DNA of 64,000 bases. Origin: Psilocybe cubensis (Eukaryota). This document shows, in pieces, positions 1-12,854 of the stretch; positions within the stretch are counted from its first letter, which is position 1; every line of letters begins with the position of its first letter. A program made the translations under genes and the position numbers. The stretch covers positions 2,790,001-2,854,000 of the forward strand of contig CM039005.1 of the NCBI GenBank assembly GCA_017499595.2, in the 5' to 3' direction. Under the pieces are notes generated by a model. That model had not been told where the DNA came from. It did not search any database and worked only from the letters and a program-made list of their open reading frames with translations.

Positions 1-1073
1 AATGAATAGGTTTGGGGGTGCTCTCAGAATGCAGGCTATAATGCGCAGTGAGGCAGAAGAGATGCCGCATTGGGGGCATTTGCATTGCCACGGTGCGCAT
101 CAAGAGTAATCTTGGATGCACATCAAATGTGTTGCTACTGCTAATGCACATCAGCCATATTGCCAATGTGCGCATTAGCGGGATACGCATCAAACGCCGT
201 GGCGCGCGCATACACAGCACACACGTGGTGCGCGCATACACATTTGATGCGTATCTGTTCCCACTCCCCCTATATTCATGAGAAGGCAACAAAGACATGA
301 CACCAAACTCTGAATAGTGAGGATGTGGGGGTGGGGACACATATGAGCTTGTCCTATAGTTCTGGTTCTGGGTTGAAAAAGAAGGCAGAAACTGTGATTC
401 AGGGCATGGATACATATATGGGTGTGGATATTGTTGTTGAGTATAAATACATTGTGAGTAGTGGTGTAAATCCGTGAATAAAGAAACAAGAAAAAAGTGC
501 TACCTATCTACAAGGATTCTTGGTTACAGGGATATGTTTATGGACAAATGCCGCTGACCAAGCTTGCACCAATTCCCTTAGAACACAGACTGGCTTATTT
601 TTGAGAAGGCTCTTCTAGTCTTGAAGTGTTAAAGGTTGCGCTTTGCCATTTTGAATTAATTCCAGCCTAGTTTGGTACTAGTACTTGTTGTGTTCAGTCT
701 ATTCTAGCCATCCTATCCCATTTCTGTTGATTTCATTCCATACCGCAGGGGGAGGAAACCAAGACTTGACTCCAACCTGATTTTTAAAATCTAAAAACTA
801 CATTAAATAGAGCTGTTAGTTAAATGTAGTGAACACTTACCCGTCATGAGAGAATACGACCCGATAATAATTGCAATTTCGTGTTTTGTAAGCCCGTCAT
901 TGCAGTAAGCCAGCAACTTGGCCTCTGGATTAGCAACATATCTGCGTCCATTTCTCAGTAACTCTACTGATGGGCCTTGCAGAACAGACTCTGTGCTCAG
1001 AAACTCTTTGGCTATTTGTCCTATTATTCTACCCATGAGTAGCGCCACACAACCGTGTTGTTGGTCTAATATC

Positions 1074-2324
1074 CATCGCGAAAACCGCCAAAAACATGCA
1101 TTGCCTTTGTACCCTTTTAAGGTAAGTCAGGAATTAGCCGACCTTACCAAGCCAATCAAAACATTTGTTGACCTTGGATTGCCTTTGAAAGGTTAGTGAA
1201 TTATTAACTGATCTTTGCTTGGGATTTTAATATCTGTTCTTATTGTAAGTCATAGCAAAATATTTCAGATGTATGTATAATCAGAGAATTATAAATTCTA
1301 CCTTATTTTCCAATATAATTATATGCTTTGCCTTATATTGTGTTGTAAAGCTTTAGAAAAATATTTCCTTGTTAATGAAATCTTACCTGAAAATTGAAAG
1401 GCAAACCAATATCTAGATTAGTAGTGTAGGTTATTCATTGATTTTTAGTTATTATATTGATTGTTCAATATTTATAACCACGGGGCGCTCCTCACTGCTC
1501 AGAGCAAGCTCAGAGACAAAGTTCCGTGAGAGATCACATGACATAGAGTCAGACATTGGGGCCACGGAAATTGGGGACGGGGACTCTAAAAGACCGTCGC
1601 ACAACTCAAAACAACTCTGTCAAGGCTTTTCACTTCCCCATCTTCAAGAAATTAAATGGTAAGAATTTCTTCCTAACTTGTGAGATTCCTGCCGTATAAC
1701 CTCTAGCAAGTATACAGTTCCAACAGTACTAGCACACATGTGGGACTGGGTTTGGCTGGTCAGATAGTAAGTGCACATCATATTCTGTACCATCTATTCC
1801 ACAATGTACTCATTTTCAACACGAAGGTGACCGACTATCTGATTCTCGCACTCGGTCTCGTTCTTGCACTTGGTCTCATTCTCGCACTCGGTCTCGTTCT
1901 CGCACTCGCACTCGCACTCGGTCTCGTTCTCGCTTTTAGCATAGTTTTTTTGCTCTGCTGTTTTGACTTCTACAGTAGCTTTTTTTACTACACGTGTATT
2001 TGTATTCAGTTGGTTAATAAGCAATTTGTACATTTCTGGATACCGGCGGCCAAGCCAGAAAGAGTGAAATAAGATTCATTAATGAGCGCACATCTTTGCA
2101 AAGTTACCCAGCTTTGCAAGGGCAATTAAAGATTTGCCCTGCCTTCAAAGGTCAACTAAGAATGACCAAAAGTTACAAAGGATTCGCAATGTTGCTAATT
2201 ATAACGTGTCCTTACTTGTAAGTGCTTACAAGTAAGGCCATTTATAATCTTTGTGTCCTTAGTGTCATTTGTTACCTTTATTAGCAATGTATTATCTGGC
2301 AAACTTATGGCGGTTTTCGCGATG
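1074..2324. mobile_element. Non-autonomous DNA transposon, 1,251 bp, 17-bp perfect TIRs, 2-bp TSD (TC)
   Basis: CATCGCGAAAACCGCCA at 1074-1090 and TGGCGGTTTTCGCGATG at 2308-2324; TC at 1072-1073 and 2325-2326. Removing the element plus one TC restores the host reading frame (...ACWQILDQQHGCVALL...). Confidence 0.9.
1842..1935. repeat. Short tandem repeat (TTCTCGCACTCGGTCTCG-like 18-mer with CTCGCA 6-mers) inside the TIR element
   Basis: Directly visible; produces the ENETEC/LALGLV repeats in the overlapping ORFs. Confidence 0.85.
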
Positions 2325-5300
2325 TCTGCCAACAGGCCAGCATTGAGGACTCATAGTTGTTGTTGGTAAACTTGTAGCTGACTTTGCGGTAAAAGGTAAT
2401 TTCCTTGTAGGGTTGATGCATTTGAACCACATTTTTACGCCCAACAAGAGTTCAAAATTGCACTCCTTTGGACAAAAGTCTGTGTGCTACACTGACAACT
2501 GTATGCCTGGGATGGGACTGGAAGATGCGTAAGACATATAAAGCAGCCTCTGGGTTTTGACTCCAATACTCCAATCAGCAAACATTCTGTTGGATTCTTC
2601 CTGAGGTGCACGTATGTTGTGATGAGCGAAAACAAATAGATTTGGGATGGGCTAGTAGATGAGGCTAAGATTCCCTAAAACTTGAGGGGATAGGTAATTT
2701 TGCAGGTGAAGATTGTGAATGTCTTGAGGGAGCGGTCGGTCAGTTGACCCCATCAAACCATTATGAAACTGGCAGATGAGTTGATGATCTGTGTTTGAGA
2801 CAAACTGTTCTGCCCCGTCCTTCCTAAACCCAAAGTATTGACAGGCATGTTTCCAGCCTTCTGGTGTCTTATCCTCATTCTTTGGGACTACAGAGGCTAC
2901 AAATCCATAGCTGTATCACAAATTGGAGATGAGGTCGGCAGTGTCCCAATCGTAATCATGGATTTTGGAACCTTCATCAGTGTTGGTATTTATGGTGGAG
3001 GGGCCCAGCTCTGGACAATGTACCAAAGGCTGGGAAGGCCCCTCCTAAGATTTCTCCATGTCCATATGGAATGTTTTGTACTGAGTGAGATTCATGAGGA
3101 GAAGTCGCACTACCTGAGAAAGTGTCAATAGAGTCTACACAGGGTTCTGGGATGATGGGAACAGATTCCACACAGGGTACATTGTTGTTGGGGATGATGG
3201 ACTAGAGATTGATACGGGCGGCATGGATAGAATAGTTGTAGACATAACCGTCCTTCCTAGGAGGGAGGTCCACAAATTGCAAATATTTTTGTGGCAAATC
3301 CACTTCATCAAAAATGTTCCACTTGTTTGAGACTGCATTGTATGTTCGTTGAGAGGGAGGCACCTTTGCGAACAGTCTCTTGTGCTTTGATCAAAGGAGG
3401 CAAACTTGCATGTATAATTCTTTTCCCCCCGGCGTTGAGGACCTCCTCTCTTTTAAGTCTTTTGATCTTTGCATCCTTGGTCTCAGTTGCAATGATAAGG
3501 CACTGGTTTCTCTTGCGTTTCTCCAAGAATATTGAAACATGGTTGTACAAATCTCCTCTCTGGTGGTAATCACCTTTGTCCATCCAACCATGAGTGGGGA
3601 GATTTGCTATGGCTTGCTTGGCCTCTGCAAGGTCCATGTTCATGGCTCAGCTTACTATTTCCCTCAACTCTGCAACCATGGCCTCCACTTGGTTCTCCTC
3701 CATAGCCGGCTTGATCTTGTTGGTTTGCAAAGCAAATTTTTCAAACATATATTTTGTGATCAATGACATACTGTGTTCCATTCTCAATATATGTTTGGTG
3801 GAGTGCAGCGGGTGATTATGAAATTGAAAGTAGGACCTAAGAATTAGGCCAGTGAGAGAAACACTGGAGAATTGGTTCAGAAACTTCTCAAGGGCATCCT
3901 GAACAAGATTTGCAGGAGGCTCAAGATAGCGAAGGGTGGGGTTGTTTATGATGGCTTGTTCTGCAATGGCACACCATGGAAAGAAAACAAGAATCTGCTA
4001 GTCCAGGAAGAACTGTATCTCGGGCCTCTGATTGACATATTCATACCAGAGAATAATTATCCCAGCACGCTCAGTGTTGGGTGAGAATACATACACTGGC
4101 AATGTCAAAAGCCTGTCCAACCAGGATTGCTGTAGCATTGGAACCTTCTTGAGCAGCCTGGTATACCATTGGGGTAGTAACTTGCCCTTCTCTCTCACCA
4201 TCTTTTCTGCACAATACTTGTCATACTTTGCACTTGCAGCAAAATATGCAAAGAATCCCATTCATACGGCAAACCAATCTTGCGCCAATTTAATCTGGCA
4301 ATAAGCTTCTTCTTTTGATGTGTAGGGCTTATCAAGGGGTACGTGCTGGCAAATGCCGGCATACAGGGTGGGGGGAAGGGGGGGCAGACTAGGCTTATCC
4401 AAATTAAAAGTCGCTTTAATTTCATAATTGTTTTTATCCAATTTTGAAGCACGGTACATGTAATAAAACCACTCTACGGTCATTTTATTACTATTCCAGC
4501 TTTCTAAAGGTCGTTGTCAGTTGTCATTATAGGTTGCATTGCAGATTTGTTGCATTTTGCAGCAATGATCAGGGGTATTACGTGCATATCTTGTCACAGT
4601 CACAGAATGTCATTGTACTTGATTTTGCCATGATCAACAAACAACTTCCCGCTGCTTTCCAATTATATCCACCCTCGTGAACCATCGCCGTTCTGCTACT
4701 CAAATCTTGTACATTGTAGTGGGCGTTGGAAATATCAATAGCTGGCAGAGGTAAGTCACTGCATCCTTACCCTAGTAACTCTAGCTGAAAGTGCACCACC
4801 AGGCATTTTATACATTTATTCCCTTCCCCCATTTTTCTATCGTCCACATCACACATTGGGGGCACAATGGATGCATGTGTATTGATGATGAATGCAGAAA
4901 AAATGGAGGAGGTAGAGTGAATGGTATTAAAAAGCGCAGGTGTTACATCTAGTCCCTAGTAATGTCCGGTACTCCTACTTATTTAGGAGATTATTTGTGA
5001 ATGCGTGCACCTACACGTGACTACTTATTGCCAATTTAGGAAGGGGGAGGGGGGGGAGGGGTCTTGGAGTCCTTATCCAAATTAAACAACCCCGTGTGCC
5101 AAATTTTTTTTTTGAGTACCCCTTGGGGCTTATTGTATTTAAAGATGGAAGGTGAGGATGGTTGACTGGCTGGTATGTGGTACTATAGCTTCATTTTGTG
5201 CGCAGCTTCCAGTAAACATTGCTCCTTAAACCGCCAATGCTTTATAGTATGAATTTCAAGCTGGTAGAGAGTGGGACCAGGTGGAGTATTATAGCTAGGA

Positions 5301-5684
5301 GTTACATCCAGCTTAGGCTGCCAGGTAAAGGTGTCGAAAGGGTCGGAGATGAAGGATGGGTTAAGGGGTATAAAGGACATCCACCCAAAGGTGTTTGTCC
5401 ACCAGACAGGATGCTTGACAGAGGTGGGATCTAGCTCTGCACGTTTGGAGAATGGGTGGGGGTGATTCTGCTCTGGGGCCTTGATACAGACTGGTTGGTT
5501 ACAATTGGGAGAGTAGTAGATTATACCATCTTGTAGAAAGATGGAGCCTTTGGACTAGTCAAAGGTGGGCAAAGTCTGTTGTACGTAGAATTAGCAACCA
5601 AGTACAATTTGATATTGTAAGATACATACGGGAGGCATTCTGAACAGTCACTGGCAGGGGAGTAGGAATTCCAATTTGTCAGTG

Positions 5685-5890
5685 TGTACTGCCTGGCAAT
5701 AAGCTTGGATAGTGTCTTGCATTCTTCCCTAGCAATGAGCCTGGGTAGTTTGCACGTTCTGCCCTAGCAATGAGCCTGGGTAGTTTGTGTGTACTGCCCT
5801 AGCAATGAGTCTGGGTAGTGTCTTGCATTCTTCCCTAGCAATAAGCCTGAGTAGTTTGTGTGTACTGCCCAAGCAATGAGCCTGGGTAGT
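5685..5890. repeat. Degenerate tandem repeat of ~35-bp units (CTAGCAATGAGCCTGGGTAGT core), about 6 copies
   Basis: The core recurs with alternating tails TTGTGTGTACTGCC and GTCTTGCATTCTTCC. Confidence 0.85.
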
Positions 5891-6402
5891 AAAGAAGAAT
5901 CAATGACACAGAACATGTTGAGATCACCACACATGTTGGAGTTGGAAATTGCCATCAGGCGGAATCTGAATTTGGATAGGGTTCTGTTTGTTGGCTCTGT
6001 TTACTTCCGCACCACTACCACTCTTCAACCCATGGAGATACCTGGGGGTTTGTTGGATGTGCGTGTTTATACCCCTTCTCATTGTCAAAAGCCCTGGCCA
6101 CCAACTTCAATACACGTGTGTACCTGGCTATGGTGATTCCATAGTCTGGAGAATTCTGGGACCTCTGTGCTGGGTTGACCCCTCCATCCAAAGGGACCTT
6201 GTTGGGATATGTAATTTTGGCTATTTTTATCCTCTAACAGCTCGCTGTTGATGGCGATTGCGCCTCTTTTGCCCACTAGTTATGGCAATGGCGCGGAATA
6301 GCGTGGACATCTGTGCCTCCTCAGGTGTCCATTACATAACCACTGTGCTCGGTATATGCGGAAGGGAGTTTTTTTCATCCCTTTTCTTCCTGTACCACCA
6401 CC

Positions 6403-8460
6403 ATGCTCACCCCTACCCAGATTGAAAAAGCCCTCACAGCTATCAAGACCAACAAAGAACTCGAGTAAGCCTGAGAGCCTGAGTCCCCCCCGGCCCTGTG
6501 CACATTGACCGCTAATGTTATTTGTAAATGCCCCAAACTAGCAGACACTCTGAAGGGCGCAAGATGGGTTCACCAGTCCATCAACCCATTTTTAAACATA
6601 AAGAGTGTTATCCAAGAGGGTTTCAAGTTTCTGGGCAACAATGTAATGGATGGTATGACCTGACAACAAATATTGGAGTAAGTATATGTGCTATTTTTTT
6701 CTGGGGCATTTATTTATGCATATATTAGATTATAACTCAAGCTCTGGTCCTTCTATGAGATGCAGGGCTTGATGCCCGACCTTATGGATATCATCAAGAA
6801 GTGCAAGAACAATTCTGCCTTGATTGGCAAAGTCATTGATTTGGTAAGAATTTTGTGAGGTCCCATGTATAGATCTACTAACCATACTTGTAAGGTATCA
6901 AGTGCTGCAGCTCATTTGCAATCCAACAATCTTTTCAAGGCCCATGAATTGATCCCAGAGTTGATTCCATATGATCTGAGAGTCCTAGTTGACCTACAGG
7001 CCTACAAACTGGCCTGTCCCAGGGTGAACCAAGGCTATAAACACCCTGCATACGCCGCTCTTTTAATCCCACGTGTCAAGTCCACCAAGTTCACCTACCT
7101 CAATGCACATAAAATTCTGTAAGTCAGCTTGTTATTTTCTGCAAATATGAGTTGATTTATTTATGGATAGTGAGCATTGTGAATTATTTGAAGCCAATAC
7201 CAAAAATGAAGACGCGCTAGATTGGCCAGCTTGCTTGTATGACCCTGACATCCCATTTGACATAGACAACAAGATCCAAGATCTGTTTTAACCATCCTTG
7301 GCTCCCCAAGTAAGTTTTTTTTATGTTTTGACATATCATTGATACATATTGGCACTCTAGTTTGTCCAATGTATGCTTGTAGATGAGGCTAACAGGCTTG
7401 GAGAACGTGCCAGCAAAGGACAGATTCACAAAGTATATGAACTAACGATAAGACTCATATGTTATTATTGCATGGTGGTAAGTGGATATTGCCAGTAGTC
7501 TGTCAGTGCTAACCTCCTTCAAAGCTTGTCATTGCAATCAGCGGTAAGACTTGGCCTGAGGCAAAGAGCATTTTGAAGGCCAACCACCTCTACACATCTA
7601 TACTAACACTTCTGTTGGGTCTTTCTGATGACGATACATGGGCCAAGGAGACTGTGGCTTGGTGGCAAGAGTAAGCATGCCTTATGCACTTGATTTTATG
7701 CTAATGAATTTCTAGGAACATTATCTTGCCATCTGAGCCCGTGGATCCTGACAAGAAGTCATCCCCTTTAGAAGGTAGTGCACGCAACGGATGCCTCAGA
7801 GACCCGGTAGAATGGTGTAAAGCTCAAATGGCTACTGCGGCTCATGCACCTGCACCTGCTCGTGCACCTGCACCCAAACCTGCTTGTGCACCCACACCCA
7901 CACCTGCATCTGCTCAAGCACGCGCACCCTCCTCCGCCCCCGCCCCATATAATGTGTCTGCACCAGCACTTTCTAAAGCATTTGCAGCTGTTTTACTGGC
8001 AGAACCTGTTCCTAAACAAGTCTCCCGTTGCCAAATGATATTAAACACAATTGGAATCCCTTCAAAATCCCATCCTGACCTCCCTTCCAAGGATTCTTCC
8101 TCTCTTTCTTCCAAAAACAAACGCTCCCCTTCCCCATCAGCCCCGATTATGATCAAGGTGTGTTTTCACTTGAGATTGGTTCATTACATTAATATTATGA
8201 TTAGATTTCTGCAAAGAGGAAAGCGGTGCCACACCACTCTGGTCCAAAGCGTAAAGATGTGAGTGTATTTATTACATTCTCTATCTAGGGCTCATATTAG
8301 CTACAGGCACCACCTTCAGACCCCTTCAAGACCGGGGATGAGGCCCTGTCTACTCCCAATTCTGATGCCACTGCCACCAACGGTGAAGAACCACCAGCTA
8401 AAAAGGCCAAGAAAGGTGCCCAGACCAAGGAAAAGCGCCAATCTATCAAATGTAAGGCTA
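6403..8460 (+). pseudogene. Multi-exon decayed hypothetical gene with Pro/Ala-rich and Lys-rich C-terminal part
   Basis: ATG CTC ACC CCT at ~6403, then regular GTAAG...AG introns; the Pro/Ala-rich exon is ORF 7726-8262; internal stops in several exons. Confidence 0.5.
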
Positions 8461-9838
8461 GGAAATTCTGATGTCTCTCATTGCTATAATTATTGCTCTG
8501 CTCTGCCCTGCTTTACAACCAAATAAATAAATTTGTTCTATTATAATCTGCTGGGTGCCTCAAAATGCCATTCAATTCTCCTTATTATTAAGAAACCCAA
8601 TAAATTCTCACAATGTTTTATAACACTCATGATTCCTTGTAATCTCATATAGTTATTTGTTGAGATTATAAACTAGCCGCTTATTCTTTCATATTGCAAT
8701 ACCCTGAAATATTGTAAACCTCAAAATATTTTATTCATGCTGCAATATTTCCGGTTTCTTACAACATTTCAAGAGCATTGTAACATAGTGCAAGAATTTT
8801 GAAGAAAAAAATATTTTATTGGGTTTATAATGCTTTGTAATCTACCCGCACTTTTTATGATGTGGAGGCTATTTGAACGGGATAGGCGGGTATTTGGGAG
8901 TTTTGGGGTTGAAATTTTTGAAATTGACGCTAAAAATGTGCATGGAAAGGAAGCAAGGTGCAAATAGGTAAGGGCTTGATGCACCCAAGTGTTGAATGTG
9001 CCTAGTGTTGAAATACAAACAGTATGGTTGAATGTGAGTATTAGTTTAGTAATTTGAAGTGCAAATTACAAGAGTATAAATCCACAAGAGTACATTTGGG
9101 GTATTCCCAGTTGGAGGGCAATATAAGCTGCCTAGTAGAATATTAACCAAAGATGGAATCAACAAAGACTCTAGTGTGTAGCAGTAGAGTTTAATTGATG
9201 ATTTGATAGTTTAAATTGTCTTAGCGCAAAGCAGTAAGGCAATTTCAATTTAAGTTGTTTGTTTTAACAATAAAGTTGGATGCAGTAAATTAGATGCTAG
9301 CTAAATACATTGTTTTTTTACTTTTATACACCTTTTTTAGCTAGGACTGACTCCTACAAGTTCATTTGGAGCCACTTGGTCATTGGCAATGGAGTCAGAA
9401 GCGCTGGCAATGCTTGACTCAAGTGGTTGCTGTGCGTGCTTGGGGATAAAGTTGTTTCCCAAGCAATAGTGACATAGTGTGCATATGAATATTTTGTGGA
9501 AATTGTGATAACTCCAATTTCAGATTCCACTGCTAATATCTGGTTGGACTTTGCATGAGTTGTAACTCGTGTTGGCCGTGTATATTGATATTGCTATTTA
9601 GGATTCTCCGTGTGACACAAAGTTTTAGTCCGGGTCAGATAGCTAATGGCTAACTTTGTGCATTTGTTAAGCATAGGTGAAATATTATGAAGAATGGTAG
9701 AATAAATAGTGTGTATGGTTAATTAGGAATGGGTAAAAATGATGAAATAAAAAAGAATTATAGAGTCTTAGAATAAGTCTTAGGGTGAATAGAATTTTAG
9801 GAAAGTGTGGGGAGTTTGTCAATGCTCAAAGTAGCCAT

Positions 9839-10288
9839 TGTCAGGGTTTCTCCAGTTTCCCCTTTTTATCTTCACAGAATTATCTTATCCTTTCATTATT
9901 TTATCAATTATCTGATTAGATAGTTTATTTCTTTCATCACAGCCTTCTTGCTCCACTTCTTTCTAGTAAATTCTATATGATTCCTAGTCTTACTCATCCT
10001 TTTTCTATATGATGTCACTTTTATTCTTTAACCTTCCTTTATGATGTAATGTAGGGAATATTCTAGAATAGCTGTAGAGTATAAATACTGGACTTGTAGG
10101 TAGCTGTAGCTTCAGCTTCAATCTCTTAGAATATCCACTATCATTGGTGTGATCTCTTAGAATCATTGAGTCTCTCTCACTCTCTTATTCTCTCTTTGCT
10201 CTCTTACTCTTCCTCTGCTCTCTCTCTCTCTCCCTTGCTTGATCTTTGTTGGTGGCCTTGTCACACTGATTATAGTGTTGCCCTGACA
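9839..10288 (+). mobile_element. Solo LTR (450 bp) of an LTR retrotransposon
   Basis: TGTCAGGG...CCCTGACA termini (TG...CA, 8-bp IR); 5-bp TSD GCCAT at 9834-9838 and 10289-10293; internal TATAAATA at ~10080; CT-rich 3' part. Confidence 0.9.
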
Positions 10289-10493
10289 GCCATGGTGCCT
10301 GATACATATTATAACACCTATAAATCACATCATGTGATAATGAAATCGCAACAATGCAATACAATCTATGTGATTACTGCATCTGCAAATACTTAGCGGC
10401 AAAAGATATATCATCAGTTTGAATTTTTACCATGACACTACCTACCAACATCTACTAACCTGCTGTCCCCATACTATCCTTACTATTCACATC

Positions 10494-11080
10494 ATGTCAA
10501 ATTCCCAAGTCAATTTTGTGGAGTCCAACATTCCAAATGGTTACACCTTTGTCAATGATCAAGACGGTTGTGAATTTTTTGTCCCCAATTCATGGTCCTG
10601 TCTCTAGATCATTTGTTGGCCACTTATTATAAAAAGATAGATCTAGAGACCGCTATTTCTGATGCTATGGGATTGGTATGAGATTTTTTTATATAAATTT
10701 TATTGCATTTTAATCACACAAATGTAAACCCCATCCTTCAATAAAGGGCCTTCATATAACACACTTGCAGGGAAGTTGTGCATTCCTGCCAACCTTGTAA
10801 GTCTTGATTCTTGAATTTGATAAAACAGTTGTATAATGTACTTCAAGAGAAACTCAGAATTTCTTATCAAGATGCCATTCGCTGCCTCTATATGATTGAG
10901 ATGGAGAAATTAAAGTTGGCCGAGGTGCATAAGAAGGCATTTGCCATCTTTGATGCACATATCACTAATTTTCTTACTTATATCACCAACTGACACGATC
11001 ACAATAGTATCTATATCAAACCCAATAAGTCTGCGCCAACTGCCGCTGCAAATACAGTGGCATCCAGCTCATCAAGTTTA
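10494..11080 (+). pseudogene. Decayed small hypothetical gene (repeat-associated family)
   Basis: MSNSQVNFVESNIPNGYTFV...FFVP followed by a frameshift; later exon KLRISYQDAIRCLYMIEMEKLKLAE...; GT-AG introns between them. Confidence 0.45.
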
Positions 11081-11659
11081 TAGTTAGTTAATTAGATAAA
11101 TATGGGAATACTATCTTTCATTGATTTATTATCCACTCAGTGTGTGCAACTTTAGTACATAGTAAGCAGGCCCAGGGTTCTGACTTAAGGACCCATGAGT
11201 ACTGAGTTGAATACAATGTTGAGTATCTCTGACTATCTTAAAATGATCTGGATTAAGATAAATATACTATCTTTCAACTCGGATTGATTATGTACTACAA
11301 TTCCTCTAGTGACCAGATATTGATGGTTTCAATGCTTTTTGAGTACAAAGAACGGATTCTGATTGACTTGACTCAGATGGAAAATCCTACATATTAGGTA
11401 AAGTTCATGTTACCGTGCTGAAAAGCTGGATGCAACCCAACTAAATGGGTTATTTTGAATTTCACAATATCCAGACAATTGGATATAATGTCTGTAAGTC
11501 CATGATTCAATGAATGAGCAACATCCACTATATTGTAGATTACTTGTTTTAGATAGTATATATTTGCTGCTTGAATGAAGTCATTCAATCCATATTGTGT
11601 GCTACAATGTATGTGTTCATTGTATTATATGTTAGGGTACAATGTTATGGTACTATGTG

Positions 11660-11897
11660 GTCCAGTGTTAGTAAAACATACACATTTTCTGTAAATAATA
11701 CAAACAGCACTTACTGTAAGTAAAAATTACACACAAAGAAAACAATTTGTGTATGTTATACTTACACAAGTTTTTCAATTTATTTAATGGTGTAAGTCTG
11801 ACATATACAAATAGTGTTCTTTGTGTGTAATTTTTACTTACAGAAAGTGCTGTTTGTGTTATTTACAGAAAATGTGTATGTTTTATTAACACCGGAC
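11660..11897. repeat. Long AT-rich palindrome, MITE-like (arms of ~105 bp, loop of ~20 bp)
   Basis: GTCCAGTGTTAGTAAAACATACACATTTTCTGTAAATAA... pairs with ...TTATTTACAGAAAATGTGTATGTTTTATTAACACCGGAC with scattered mismatches; no clear TSD. Confidence 0.85.
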
Positions 11898-12399
11898 AAA
11901 CACAATTTGTGTAATTTAGGTGTTTATTCTATTTATAGGCTATTTACAATAATTGTGTTTGGTCGGCATACAGCCACCAAACACAATATGTCTTTATTAA
12001 ATATTTGTTTTCCCAACATATGTGCTATAAGTTGAACATACACCTAAAGTTACATAAGACATGTAAGTTTACTGCTATATGTTCAACTTACAATGGTTGG
12101 CACCTGCAGTATTATTTGTGTAGCTATCTACAATATGACAACTTGAACATTAGTAATTTCATTCTTTTCAGTCCAGTATTTGTCTTCAAGGCAGATAGAA
12201 CTATTATAATATTATAATGTATTGGATAAAGCCCCTCCTAAAATACATTTTTTATAAATTGCAAAGGAACTGATCACAAGGACTTGTATCTGCCATGCGT
12301 AGCAACGGCCCACCTTATAAGTTGTGCAATTAAGGTTGATGGACAGTTTTTCTGGACACATATTTGAAACCATACAATGTGCTACATGGAAGACCGCGG

Positions 12400-12854
12400 G
12401 CTAAGAGAGAGAGGAGCGCCTTGATTATGATAAAGGGACAGGAGTTTGATGCCGCTCATGCCGTATGTACCATCACGAATGTGGTGACGGCAATGCGGCA
12501 TCGAACTTCTGCGGTACACATTGGCGAGCTGGACAGGTTCTCACGGTTCCTTTTTCCTCTGTTCCATCCATGCACAACCAGCGGGTGATGCAGCACATAC
12601 AGAACGAGTAGCGTAGCAATCCATCTACATAATATAGCGTAGTGTACAATGCAAATGTCACTAAAAGGAAACTTTCAGCCATGAAATGAGGACGGAACAA
12701 TATCTGTAGAGTCGCCGTAAGCCCTTCAATTTTCTACACGGCGATGTATCTTTGGTCAGTTACTCATCGCAGATCCAGTCCAGCAGACAGAATAACTCAA
12801 AGTTTCGCAACATGTCTGGTAAGTAGCAACTCTAGTGTACCTGCTGTTTGCTAA
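12400..12854 (+). repeat. Left copy of an inverted ~450-bp module (hairpin, putative promoter, 5'-UTR intron, ATGTCTG|GTAAGT first exon)
   Basis: Reverse-complement homologous to ~32495-33000, e.g. CATGTCTGGTAAGTAGCAACTCTAGTGTACCTGCTGTTTGCTAA vs CATGTCTGGTAAGTCGCAACTCCAGTGTACCCGCTGTTTGCTAA. Outer end is approximate. Confidence 0.85.

Larger units (their letters stand above)
560..6150 (-). pseudogene. Decayed member(s) of a repeat-associated Agaricomycete hypothetical protein family, interrupted by a TIR element
   Basis: Collinear minus-strand fragments: SFIPLNPSFISDPF (5380), LAQDWFAV*MGFFAY (~4260), YKFTNNNYES...HGCVALLMGRIIGQIAKE (across 2400/1070), NDGLTKHEIAIIIGSY (~870) and SWFPPPAVWNE...GWLE*TEHNKY*YQ...D*KSLLK (~770-600). 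Several stops fall where Trp is expected. Similar G-run/CTTATCCAAATTAAA segments at ~4370-4410 and ~5040-5090 suggest two partial copies. Ends are approximate. Confidence 0.6.

Noticed and set aside
1740-2072. ORFs with LALGLV and ENETEC repeats
   Set aside because: By-product of a tandem repeat inside a non-autonomous transposon.
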